Shown: one piece after another, positions 50,572-64,000 of the stretch
Numbering within the stretch: the stretch's first letter is position 1
How the letters are laid out: each line of letters opens with the position of its first letter
Assembly: GCA_964016885.1 (NCBI GenBank)
Contig: OZ024747.1
Span: 38,068,001 to 38,132,000 of the forward strand
DNA length: 64,000 nt
Direction of reading: 5' to 3'
DNA from: Eledone cirrhosa
Taxonomy: Eukaryota
The notes under the pieces: generated by a model
Told to the model about the DNA's origin: nothing
Seen by the model: the letters and a program-made list of their open reading frames with translations, nothing else
Database searches by the model: none
Translations under genes and position numbers: made by a program

Positions 50572-53500
50572 GGTAGGATATGAAAATATGTAATGGGGAG
50601 ATAGGATAGTAAAATATGGTAATGGGGAGATAGGATAGTAAAATATGTAATGGGGAGATATGATAGTAAAATATGTAATGGGGAGATAGGATAGCAAATT
50701 ATGTATTGGGTAGATAGGATAGTAAAATATGTAATGGGGAGATAGGATAGTAAAATATGTAATGAGGAGATAGTGTGGTAAACTATTTAATGGGAAGATA
50801 GGATAGTAAAATATGTAATGGTGAGATAGGATAGTAAAATATGTAATGGGGAGATAGGGTGATAAACTTATTAATAGGGAGATAGAATAGTAAAATATGG
50901 TAATGGGGAGATAGGGTGATAAACTTATTAATAGAGAGATAGGATAGTAAAATATGGTAATGGGGAGATAGGTTAGTAAAATGTGTAATGGGGAGATAGG
51001 ATAGTAAAATATCTAATCGGGGGATAGGAGAGTAAAATATGTAATGAGGAGATAGGGTGGTAAAATATGTAATGGTGAGATAGGGTGGTAAAATATAGTA
51101 CTGTGAGATAGGATAGTAAAATATGTAATGAAGAGATAGTACAGGAAAATATGGTAATGGGGAGATAGGGTGGTAAAATATGTAATGGGGAGATAGGATA
51201 GTAAAATGTGTAATGGGGAGATAGGATAGTAAAATATCTAATAGGGGGATAGGAGAGTAACATATGTAATGAGGAGATAGGGTGGTAAAATATGTAAGGG
51301 TGAGATAGGGTGGTAAAATATAGTACTGTGAGATAGGATAGTAAAATATGTAATGAGAAGATAGTACAGGAAAATATGGTAATGGGGAGATAGGGTGGTA
51401 AAATATGTAATGGGGAGATAGGATAGTAAAATACGTAATGAGAAGATAGTACAGGAAAATATGGTAATGGGGAGATAGGGTGGTAAAATATGGTAATAGG
51501 GTGATAGGAAAATAAAATAATGTAATGAGGAAATAGGATAGTAAAATATGTAATCTGGAGATAGGATAGTAAAATATGTAATCGGGAGATAGAATAGTAA
51601 AATATGTTATCGGGAGATAGGATAGTAAAATATGTGATGGGGTGATAGGATAGTAAAATTTGTAATGGGGAGATATGATAGTAAAATATGTAATGAGGAG
51701 ATAGGGTGGTAAAATATGTAATGGGGTGATAGGGTGGTAAAATATGTAATCGGGAGATAGGGTTGTAAAATATGTAATGGGGAGATAGGATACTAAAATA
51801 TGTAATTGGGAGATAGGATAGTAAAATATGTAATAGCGAGACAGGATGGTAACATATGTAATGGGGAGATAGGATAGTAAAATATGTAATGGGGAAATAG
51901 GGTGGTAAAACATGGTAATGGGGAGATAGGATAGTAAAATATGGTAATGGGAGATAGGATAGTAAAATATGTAATGGGGTCATAGGATAGTAAAATATGT
52001 AATGAGGAGATAACGTGCTAAAATATAGTACTGGGGAGATAGCATAGAAAAATATGTAATGGGGAGGTAGGATAGTAAAATATGTAATGGGGAGATAGGA
52101 TGGTAAAATATGTAATAGGGAGATAGGAGAGTAAAATATGTAATGAGGAGATAGGGTGGTAAAATATGTAATGGTGAGATAGGATAGTAAAATATGTAAT
52201 GGCGAGAAAGGATAGTAAAATATGGTAATGGTGAGATAGGGTGGTAAAATATAGTACTCGGGATATAGGATAATAAAATATGTAATGAGGAGATAGGGTG
52301 GTAAAATATGTAATGGGGAGACAGGATAGTAAAATACGTAATGGGGAGATAGGATAGTAAAATATATAATGGGGAGATAGGATAGTAAAATATGTAATGG
52401 GGAGACAGGATGGTAAAATATGTAATGGGGAGGTAGGATAGTAAAATATGTTAATGGGGAGGGAGGAGAGTGAAATATGTAATGGGGAGATAGGGTGGTA
52501 AAATATGGTAATGGGGAGATAGGGTGGTAAAATATGTAATGTGGAGATAGGATAGTAAAATATGTAATCGGGAGATAGGGTGGTAAAATATGTAATGGGG
52601 TGATAGGGTCGTAAAATATGTAATGGGGAGATAGGAAAGTAAAATATGGTAATGGTGAGATAGGATAGTAAACTATGTAAAGGGAAGATAGGATAGTAAA
52701 ATATGTAATGGGGAGATAGGGTGGTAAGATATGGTAATGGGGAGATAGGACAGTAAAATATGGTAATTGTGAGATAGGATAGTAAACTATTTAATGGCAA
52801 GATAGGATAGTAAAATAGGTAATGGGTAGATAGGGTGGTAAAATATGTAATGGGGTGATAGGGTGGTAAATATGTAATGGGTAGATAGGGTGGTAAAATA
52901 TTTAATGGGGAGATAGGATAGTAAAATATATAACGGGGAGATAGGATTGTAAAATATGTAATGGGTAGATAGGGTGGTAAAATAAGGTAATGGGTTGATA
53001 GGATAGTAAAATATGTAATGAGGAGATAGGGTGGTAAAATGCGTAATGGGGAGATAGGGTGGTAAAATATGTAATGGGGAGATAGGATAGTTAAATAAGT
53101 AATGTGGATATAGGGTGTTAAAATAGGGTAATGGGAAGATAGGATAGTAAAATATGGTAATGGGGAGATAGGATAGTAAAATATGTAATCGGGACATAGG
53201 ATAGTAAAATATGTAATGGGTAGATAGGATAGTAAAATAAGTAATGGGTAGATAGGGTGGTAAAATATGTAATGGGGAGACAGAGTGGTAAAATATGTAA
53301 TGAGGAGATAGGATAGTAAAATATGTAATGAGGAGATAGGGTGGTAAAATATGTAATAGGGAGATAGGATAGTAAAATATGTAATGGGGAGACAGGGTGG
53401 TAAATTATGTAATGGGGAGAATGGATAGTTATATATGTAATGAGGAGATAGGGTGGTAAAATATGTAATATTGAGATAGGATAGTAAAATATATAATGGG

Positions 53501-56500
53501 GAGATAGGATAGTAAAATATGTAATGGGGAGATAGGATAGTAAAATATATAATGAGGAGAAAGAGTGGTAAAATATGGTAATGGGGAGTTAGGATAGTAA
53601 AATATGGTAATGGGGAGATAGGATAGTAAAATATGTAATGAGGAGAAAGGGTGGTAAAATATGGTAATGGGGAGATAGGATAGTAAAATATGTAATGAGG
53701 AGATAGTGTGGTAAACTATTTAATGGGGAGATAGGATAGTAAAATATGTAATGGTGAGATAGGATAGTAAAATATGTAATGGGGAGATAGGGTGATAAAC
53801 TTATTAATAGGGAGATAGAATAGTAAAATATGGTAATGGGGAGATAGGGTGATAAATTATTAATAGAGAGATAGGATAGTAAAATATGGTAATGGGGAGA
53901 TAGGATAGTAAAATGTGTAATGGGGAGAGAGGATAGTAAAATATGTAATGGGGAGATAGGATAGTAAAATATCTAATCCGGGGATAGGAGAGTAAAATAT
54001 GTAATGAGGAGATAGGGTGGTAAAATATGTAATGGTGAGATAGGGTGGTAAAATATAGTACTCTGATATAGGATACTAAAATATGTAATGAAGAGATAGT
54101 ACAGGAAAATATGGTAATGGGGAGATAGGGTGGTAAAATATGTAATGGGGAGATAGGATAGTAAAATGTGTAATGGGGAGATAGGATAGTAAAATATGTA
54201 ATGTTGAGATAGGATAGTAAAATATGTAATGGGGAGATAGTATAGTAAAATATCTAATAGGGGGATAGGAGGGTAACATATGTAATGATGAGATAGGGTG
54301 GTAAAATATGTAATGGTGAGATAGGGTGGTAAAATATAGTACTGTGAGATAGGATAGTAAAATATGTAATGAGGAGATAGTACAGGAAAATATGGTAATG
54401 GGGAGATAGGGTGGTAAAATATGTAATGGGGAGATAGGATAGTAAAATATGTAATGGGGAGATAGGATAGTAAAATATATAATGGGGAGATAGGGTGGTA
54501 AAATCTGGTAATAGGGTGATAGGAAAATAAAATAATGTAATGGGGAAATAGGATAATAAAATATGTAATCGGGAGATAGGATAGTAAAATATGTAATCGG
54601 GAGATAAGATAGTAAAATATGTAATCGGGAGATAGGATAGCAAAATATGTAATGGGGAGATAGGATAGTAAAATATGTAATGGGGTGATAGGATAGTACA
54701 ATATGTAATGGGGAGATATGATAGTAATTATGTAATGAGGAGATAGGGTGGTAAAATATGTAATGGGGAGATAGGGTTGTAAAATATGTAATGGGGAGAT
54801 AGGATAGTAAAATATGGTAATGGGGAGATAGGATAGTAAAATATGTAATGAGGTGATAGGATAGTAAAATATGTAATGAGGAGATAAGGTGCTAAAATAT
54901 AGTACTGGGGAGATAGCATAGAAACATATGTAATGGGGAGGTAGGATAGTAAAATATGTAATGGGGAGATAGGATAGTAAAATATGTAATGGGGAGATAG
55001 GAGAGTAAAATATGTAATGAGGAGATAGGGTGGTAAAATATTTAATGGTGAGATCGGATAGTAAAATATGTAATGGCGAGATAGGATAGTAAAACATGGT
55101 AATCGTGAGATAGGGTGGTAAAATATAGTACTCGGGATATAGGATAATAAAATATGTAATGAGGAGTTAGGGTGGTAAAATATGTAATGGGGAGATAGGA
55201 TAGTAAAATACGTATTGGGGAGATAGGATAGTAAAATATGGTAATGTGGAGATAGGATAGTAAAATATGGTAATGGGGAGATGAGATAGTAAAATAAGTA
55301 ATGGGATGATACGTTAGTAAAATATGGTTATGTGGAGACAGGATAGTCAAATATGTAATGGGGAGATAGGATAGTAAAATATGAAATGAGGAATTAGGGT
55401 GGTTGAAATATGTAATGGGGTGATAGGGTGGTAAAATATGTAATGGGGAGATAGGGTTTATAAAATATGTAATAGGGAGATAGAATAGTAAAATATGTAA
55501 TGGGGAGATAGGGTGGTCAAATATGGTAATGGGGAGATAGGATAGTAAAATATGTAATGGGGAGACAGGGTGGTAAATTATGTAATGGGGAGAATGGATA
55601 GTTATATATGTAATGAGGAGATAGGGTGGTAAAATATGTAATATTGAGATAGGATAGTAAAATATATAATGGGGAGATAGGATAGTAAAATATGTAATGG
55701 GGAGATAGGATAGTAAAATATATAATGAGGAGAAAGAGTGGTAAAATATGGTAATGGGGAGTTAGGATAGTAAAATATGGTAATGGGGAGATAGGATAGT
55801 AAAATATGTAATGAGGAGAAAGGGTGGTAAAATATGGTAATGGGGAGATAGGATAGTAAAATATGTAATGAGGAGATAGTGTGGTAAACTATTTAATGGG
55901 GAGATAGGATAGTAAAATATGTAATGGTGAGATAGGATAGTAAAATATGTAATGGGGAGATAGGGTGATAAACTTATTAATAGGGAGATAGAATAGTAAA
56001 ATATGGTAATGGGGAGATAGGGTGATAAATTATTAATAGAGAGATAGGATAGTAAAATATGGTAATGGGGAGATAGGATAGTAAAATGTGTAATGGGGAG
56101 AGAGGATAGTAAAATATGTAATGGGGAGATATGATAGTAAAATATCTAATCCGGGGATAGGAGAGTAAAATATGTAATGAGGAGATAGGTTGGTAAAATA
56201 TGTAATGGTGAGATAGGGTGGTAAAATATAGTACTCTGATATAGGATACTAAAATATGTAATGAAGAGATAGTACAGGAAAATATGGTAATGGGGAGATA
56301 GGGTGGTAAAATATGTAATGGGGAGATAGGATAGTAAAATGTGTAATGGGGAGATAGGATAGTAAAATATGTAATGTTGAGATAGGATAGTAAAATATGT
56401 AATGGGGAGATAGTATAGTAAAATATCTAATAGGGGGATAGGAGGGTAACATATGTAATGATGAGATAGGGTGGTAAAATATGTAATGGTGAGATAGGGT

Positions 56501-59500
56501 GGTAAAATATAGTACTGTGAGATAGGATAGTAAAATATGTAATGAGGAGATAGTACAGGAAAATATGGTAATGGGGAGATAGGGTGGTAAAATATGTAAC
56601 GGGGAGATAGGATAGTAAAATATGTAATGGGGAGATAGGATAGTAAAATATATAATGGGGAGATAGGGTGGTAAAATCTGGTAATAGGGTGATAGGAAAA
56701 TAAAATAATGTAATGGGGAAATAGGATAATAAAATATGTAATCGGGAGATAGGATAGTAAAATATGTAATCGGGAGATAAGATAGTAAAATATGTAATCG
56801 GGAGATAGGATAGCAAAATATGTAATGGGGAGATAGGATAGTAAAATATGTAATGGGGTGATAGGATAGTACAATATGTAATGGGGAGATATGATAGTAA
56901 TTATGTAATGAGGAGATAGGGTGGTAAAATATGTAATGGGGAGATAGGGTTGTAAAATATGTAATGGGGAGATAGGATAGTAAAATATGGTAATGGGGAG
57001 ATAGGATAGTAAAATATGTAATGAGGTGATAGGATAGTAAAATATGTAATGAGGAGATAAGGTGCTAAAATATAGTACTGGGGAGATAGCATAGAAACAT
57101 ATGTAATGGGGAGGTAGGATAGTAAAATATGTAATGGGGAGATAGGATAGTAAAATATGTAATGGGGAGATAGGAGAGTAAAATATGTAATGAGGAGATA
57201 GGGTGGTAAAATATTTAATGGTGAGATCGGATAGTAAAATATGTAATGGCGAGATAGGATAGTAAAACATGGTAATCGTGAGATAGGGTGGTAAAATATA
57301 GTACTCGGGATATAGGATAATAAAATATGTAATGAGGAGTTAGGGTGGTAAAATATGTAATGGGGAGATAGGATAGTAAAATACGTATTGGGGAGATAGG
57401 ATAGTAAAATATGGTAATGTGGAGATAGGATAGTAAAATATGGTAATGGGGAGATGAGATAGTAAAATAAGTAATGGGATGATACGTTAGTAAAATATGG
57501 TTATGGGGAGACAGGATAGTCAAATATGTAATGGGGAGATAGGATAGTAAAATATGAAATGAGGAATTAGGGTGGTTGAAATATGTAATGGGGTGATAGG
57601 GTGGTAAAATATGTAATGGGGAGATAGGGTTTATAAAATATGTAATAGGGAGATAGAATAGTAAAATATGTAATGGGGAGATAGGGTGGTCAAATATGGT
57701 AATGGGGAGATAGGATAGTAAAATATGTAATGGGGAGATAGGGTGGTAAAATATGTAATGGGGAGATAGGATAGTAAAATAGGGTGATGGGGAGATAGGG
57801 TGGTAAAATATGTAATAGGAAGATAGGGTGGTAAAAATATGTATTCGTGTGATAGGGTAATAAACTATTTAATAGGGAGATAGGAGAGTAAAATATGGTA
57901 ATGGGGAGATAGGATAGTAAAATATGTAATGGGGAGGTAGGATAGTAAAATATGTAATGGGGAGGCAGTATAGTAAAATATGTAATGACGAGATAGTATA
58001 TTAAAATATGTAATGGGAAGATAGTGTGATAAACTATTTAATGGGGAGATAGGATAGTAAAATATGTAATGGTGAGATAGGATATTAAAATATGTAATGC
58101 GGAGATTGTGTGGTAAAATATGTAATGAGGAGATAGGGTGGTAAAATATGTAATGGGCCGATAGTGTGGTAACATATGCTAATGTGGAGATAGGATGCTA
58201 AAATATGGTCATCGGGAGATAGGATAGTAAAATGAGTAATGGGGAGATAGGGTGATAAACTATTTAATGGGGAGATAGGATATTAAAATATGGTAATGGG
58301 GAGATAGCATAGTAAAATATGTAATGGGGAGATAGGATAGTAAAATATGTAATGTTTTGTTAGGATAGTAAAATATGTAATGGGGAGATAGGATAGTAAA
58401 ATATGTAATGGGGAGATAGTGTGATAAAATATTTAATGGGGTGATAGGATAGCAAAATATGTAATGGTGAGACAGGATAGTAAGATATGTAATGGGGAGA
58501 GAGGATAGTAAAATATGTAATGGAGAGATAGGATAGTTAAATATGTAATGGTGAGATAGGATAGTATAATATGTAATGGGGAGATAGGGTGATAAACAAT
58601 TTAATGGCGAGATAGGATAGTAAAATATGGTACTGGGGACATAGGATAGTAAAAAAAGTAATGGGGAGATAGGATGGTAAAATATGTAATGGGGAGATAG
58701 GTTAGTAATATATGTAATGTGGAGATAGGATAGTAAAATATGTAATGGGGAGACAGGATAGTAAAATATGAAATTCGGAGATAGGATAGTGAAATATAGA
58801 ATCTAGAGACAGTATAGTAAAATATGGTAATGGCGAGATAGGATATTAACATATGTAAAGGGAAGATAGTGTGATAAACTATTTAATGGGGAGATAGGAT
58901 AGTAAAATATGTAATGGTGAGATAGGATAGTGAAATATGTAATGCGGAGATAGCATAGTAAAATATGTAATGGGGAGATAGGATAGTAAAATACCTAACG
59001 TGGAGATAGGATAGTAAACTATTTAATGTGGAGAAAGGGTGGTAAAATATGTAATGGTAAGATAGGATAGTGAAATATGTAATGGGGACAGAGAGTGGTA
59101 ATTTGTAGTACTGGGGAGATAGGATAATGAAATATGTAATGAGGAGATAGTGCAGTAAAATAAGGGAATGGGCTGATAGGCTAGTAAAATATGTAATGGG
59201 GATATAGGGTGGTAAAATATGTAATGGGGAGATAGGATAATATAATATGTAATGCGGAGATTATGTGGTAAAATATGTAATGAGGAGATAGGGTGGTAAA
59301 ATATGTAATGGGCCGATAGGGTTGTAACATAAGGTAAAGTGGAGATAGGATGCTAAAATATGGTAATCGGGAGATAGGATAGTAAAATGTGTAATCGGAA
59401 GATAGGGTGGTAAAATATGGTTATGGGAGGTAGGGTGGTAAACATGTAATGGGGGGATAGGGTGATAAACTATTTAATGGGGAGATAGGATATTAAAATA

Positions 59501-62500
59501 TTGTAATGGGGAGATAGCATAGTAAAATATGTAATGGGGAGATAGGATAGTAAAATATGTAATGTTTTGTTAGGATAGTAAAATATGTAATGGGGAGATC
59601 GGATAGTAAAATATGTAATTGGGAGATAGTGTGATAAACTATTTAATGGGGAGATAGGATAGCAAAATATGTAATGGTGAGATAGGATAGTAAATTATGT
59701 AATCGGGAGATAGGATAGTAAAATATGTTATCGGGAGATAGGATAGTAAAATATGTAATGGGGTGATAGGATAGTAAAATTTGTAATGGGGAGATATGAT
59801 AGTAAAATATGTAATGAGGAGATAGGGTGGTAAAATATGTAATGGGGTGATAGGGTGGTAAAATATGTAATGGGGAGATAGGGTTGTAAAATATGTAATG
59901 GGGAGATAGCATACTAAAATATGTAATTGGGAGATAGGATAGTAAAATATGTAATAGCGAGACAGGATGGTAACATATGTAATGGGGAGATAGGATAGTA
60001 AAATATGTAATGGGTAAATAGGGTGGTAAAACATGGTAATGGGGAGATAGGATAGTAAAATATGGTAATGGGAGATAGGATAGTAAAATATGTAATGGGG
60101 TGATAGGATAGTAAAATATGTAATGAGGAGATAACGTGCTAAAATATAGTACTGGGGAGATAGCATAGAAAAATATGTAATGGGGAGGTAGGATAGTAAA
60201 ATATGTAATGGGGAGATAGGATAGTAAAATATGTAATAGGGAGATAGGAGAGTAAAATATGTAATGAGGAGATAGGGTGGTAAAATATGTAATGGTGAGA
60301 TAGGATAGTAAAATATGTAATGGCGAGAAAGGATAGTAAAATATGGTAATGGTGAGATAGGGTGGTAAAATATAGTACTCGGGATATAGGATAATAAAAT
60401 ATGTAATGAGGAGATAGGGTGTTAAAATATGTAATGGGGAGACAGGATAGTAAAATACGTAATGGGGAGATAGGATAGTAAAATATATAATGGGGAGATA
60501 GGATAGTAAAATATGTAATGGGGAGACAGGATCGTAAAATATGTAATGGGGAGGTAGGATAGTAAAATATGTTAATGGGGAGGGAGGAGAGTAAAATATG
60601 TAATGGGGAGATAGGGTGGTAAAATATGGTAATGGGGAGATAGGGTGGTAAAATATGTAATGTGGAGATAGGATAGTAAAATATGTAATCGGGAGATAGG
60701 GTGGTAAAATATGTGATGGGGTGATAGGGTCGTAAAATATGTAATGGGGAGATAGGATAGTAAATTATGGTAATGGTGAGATAGGATAGTAAACTATGTA
60801 AAGGGAAGATAGGATAGTAAAATATGTAATGGGGAGATAGGGTGGTAAGATATGGTAATGGGGAGATAGGACAGTAAAATATGGTAATTGTGAGATAGGA
60901 TAGTAAACTATTTAATGGCAAGATAGGATAGTAAAATAGGTAATGGGTAGATAGGGTGGTAAAATATGTAATGGGGAGATCGGATAGTAAAATATATAAC
61001 GTGGAGATAGGATTGTAAAATATGTAATGGGGAGATAGGGTGGTAAAATAAGGTAATGGGTTGATAGGATAGTAAAATATGTAATGAGGAGATAGGGTGG
61101 TAAAATGCGTAATGGGGAGATAGGGTGGTAAAATATGTAATGGGGAGATAGGATAGTTAAATAAGTAATGTGGATATAGGGTGTTAAAATAGGGTAATGG
61201 GAAGATAGGATAGTAAAATATGGTAATGGGTAGATAGGATAGTAAAATAAGTAATGGGTAGATAGGGTGGTAAGTATATGTAATGGGGAGACAGAGTGGT
61301 AAATTATGTAATGAGGAGATAGGATAGTAAAATATGTAATGAGGGGATAGGGTGGTAAAATATGTAATAGGGAGATAGGATAGTAAAATATGTAATGGGG
61401 AGAATGGATAGTTATATATGTAATGAGGAGATAGGGTGGTAAAATATGTAATATTGAGATAGGATAGTAAAATATATAATGGGGAGATAGGATAGTAAAA
61501 TATGTAATGGGGAGATAGGATAGTAAAATATATAATGAGGAGAAAGAGTGGTAAAATATGGCAATGGGGAATTAGGATAGTAAAATATGGTAATGGGGAG
61601 ATAGGATAGTAAAATATGTAATCGGAAGATAGGAGAGTAAAATATGTAATGAGGAGAAAGGGTGGTAAAATATGGTAATGGGGAGATAGGATAGTAAAAT
61701 ATGTAATGAGGAGATAGTGTGGTAAACTATTTAATGGGGAGATAGGATAGTAAAATATTTAATGGTGAGATAGGATAGTAAAATATGGTAATGGGGAGAT
61801 AGGGTGGTCAAATATGGTAATGGGGAGATAGGATAGTAAAATATGTAATGGGGAGATAGGGTGGTAAAATATGTAATGGGGAGATAGGATAGTAAAATAG
61901 GGTGATGGGGAGATAGGGTGGTAAAATATGTAATAGGAAGATAGGGTGGTAAAATATGTATTCGTGTGATAGGGTCATAAACTATTTAATAGGGAGATAG
62001 GACAGTAAAATATGGTAATGGGGAGATATGATAGTAAAATATGTAATGGGGAGGTAGGATAGTAAAATATGTAATGGGGAGATAGTATAGTAAAATATGT
62101 AATGGCGAGATAGTATATTAAAATATGTAATGGGAAGATAGTGTGATAAACTATTTAATGGGGAGAGAGGATAGTAAAATATGTAATGGTGAGATAGGAT
62201 ATTAAAATATGTAATGCGGAGATTGTGTGGTAAAATATGTAATGAGGAGATAGGGTGGTAACATATGTAATGGGCCGATAGTGTGGTAACATGCTAATGT
62301 GGAGATAGGATGCTAAAATATGGTCATCGGGAGATAGGATAGTAAAATGAGTAATGGGGAGATAGGGTGATAAACTATTTAATGGGGAGATAGGATATTA
62401 AAATATGGTAATGGGGAGATAGCATAGTAAAATATGTAATGGGGAGATAGGATAGTAAAATATGTAATGTTTTGTTAGGATAGTAAAATATGTAATGGGG

Positions 62501-64000
62501 AGATAGTGTGATAAAATATTTAATGGGGTGATAGGATAGCAAAATATGTAATGGTGAGACAGGATAGTAAAATATGTAATGGGGAGAGAGGATAGTAAAA
62601 TATGTAATGGAGAGATAGGATAGTTAAATATGTAATGGTGAGATAGGATAGTATAATATGTAATGGGGAGATTGGGTGATAAACAATTTAATGGCGAGAT
62701 AGGATAGTAAAATATGGTAATGGGGACATAGGATAGTAAAAAAAGTAATGGGGAGATAGGATGGTAAAATATGTAATGGGGAGATAGGTTAGTAATATAT
62801 GTAATGTGGAGATAGGATAGTAAAATATGTAATGGGGAGACAGGATAGTAAAATATGAAATTCGGAGATAGGATAGTGAAATATAGAATCTAGAGACAGT
62901 ATAGTAAAATATGGTAATGGCGAGATAGGATATTAACATATGTAAAGGGAAGATAGTGTGATAAACTATTTAATGGGGAGATAGGATAGTAAAATATGTA
63001 ATGGTGAGATAGGATAGTGAAATATGTAATGCGGAGATAGCATAGTAAAATATGTAATGGTGAGATAGGATAGTAAAATACCTAACGTGGAGATAGGATA
63101 GTAAACTATTTAATGTGGAGAAAGGGTGGTAAAATATGTAATGGTAAGATAGGATAGTGAAATATGTAATGGGGACAGAGAGTGGTAATTTGTAGTACTG
63201 GGGAGATAGGATAATGAAATATGTAATGAGGAGATAGTACAGTAAAATAAGGGAATGGGCTGATATGCTAGTAAAATATGTAATGGGGATATAGGGTGGT
63301 AAAATATGTAATGGGGAGATAGGATAATATAATATGTAATGCGGAGATTATGTGGTAAATTATGTAATGAGGAGATAGGGTGGTAAAATATGTAATGGGC
63401 CGATAGGGTGGTAACATAAGGTAAAGTGGAGATAGGATGCTAAAATATGGTAATCGGGAGATAGGATAGTAAAATGTGTAATCGGAAGATAGGGTGGTAA
63501 AATATGGTTATGGGGAGGTAGGGTGGTAAACATGTAATGGGGGGATAGGGTGATAAACTATTTAATGGGGAGATAGGATATTAAAATATTGTAATGGGGA
63601 GATAGCATAGTAAAATCTGTAATGGGGAGATAGGATAGTAAAATACGTAATGTTTTGTTAGGATAGTAAAATATGTAATGGGGAGATAGGATAGTAAAAT
63701 ATGTAATTGGGAGATAGTGTGATAAACTATTTAATGGGGAGATAGGATAGCAAAATATGTAATGGTGAGATAGGATAGTAAAATATGTAATCGGGAGATA
63801 GGATAGTAAAATATGTTATCGGGAGATAGGATAGTAAAATATGTAATGGGGTGATAGGATAGTAAAATTTGTAATGGGGAGATATGATAGTAAAATATGT
63901 AATGAGGAGATAGGGTGGTAAAATATGTAATGGGGAGATAGGGTTGTAAAATATGTAATGGGGAGATAGGATACTAAAATATGTAATTGGGAGATAGGAT
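50572..64000. repeat. 28-bp (28/29) tandem satellite, consensus GTAATGGGGAGATAGGATAGTAAAATAT, with kb-scale higher-order duplications; runs off the window end
   Basis: Direct reading. Main variant ...ATAGGGTGGTAAAAT.... Near-identical blocks at offsets 2173, ~4087-4117 and 8121 bp. Confidence 0.98.

Noticed and set aside
50783-62939. Long minus-strand ORFs (up to 376 aa, YYPISPLHILLSYLPIT repeats)
   Set aside because: Translation of the 28-bp satellite; the C/T-rich strand simply lacks stop codons
50572-64000. CRISPR-like periodicity
   Set aside because: Head-to-tail monomers with no unique spacers, no cas genes, eukaryotic context

Overview
Eukaryotic, repeat-saturated DNA with no recognisable host gene. 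The SINE, LINE and microsatellite repertoire looks cephalopod (Octopus-like), which is my recognition rather than a database result. Positions ~1-50 kb are a nested mosaic of decayed retroelements separated by microsatellites: four large R4/Dong-type elements (RT + CCHC + REL endonuclease, minus strand) plus older relics, three L1/Tx1-clade elements (ORF1 with zinc knuckle; ORF2 APE-RT-CCHC, plus strand), RTE-clade elements (one full-length with a TSD, one with a TSD-bounded 5' inversion), tRNA-derived SINEs and a Penelope-like (probably Naiad-type) GIY-YIG relic. From ~50.57 kb to the window end lies a 28-bp G-rich satellite with kb-scale higher-order duplications. All retroelement ORFs are broken by frameshifts or stops. 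The strongest leads are: (1) a SINE copy with a dense T>C patch resembling ADAR A-to-I editing on the antisense/cDNA strand; (2) a near-canonical type I hammerhead ribozyme at 8.93-9.03 kb; (3) a satellite that appears to grow out of a Penelope-like terminal repeat with a covarying hairpin; (4) (ATT)n-associated Tx1 and (CATA)n-associated Dong elements; (5) a twin-priming-like inversion in an RTE element.
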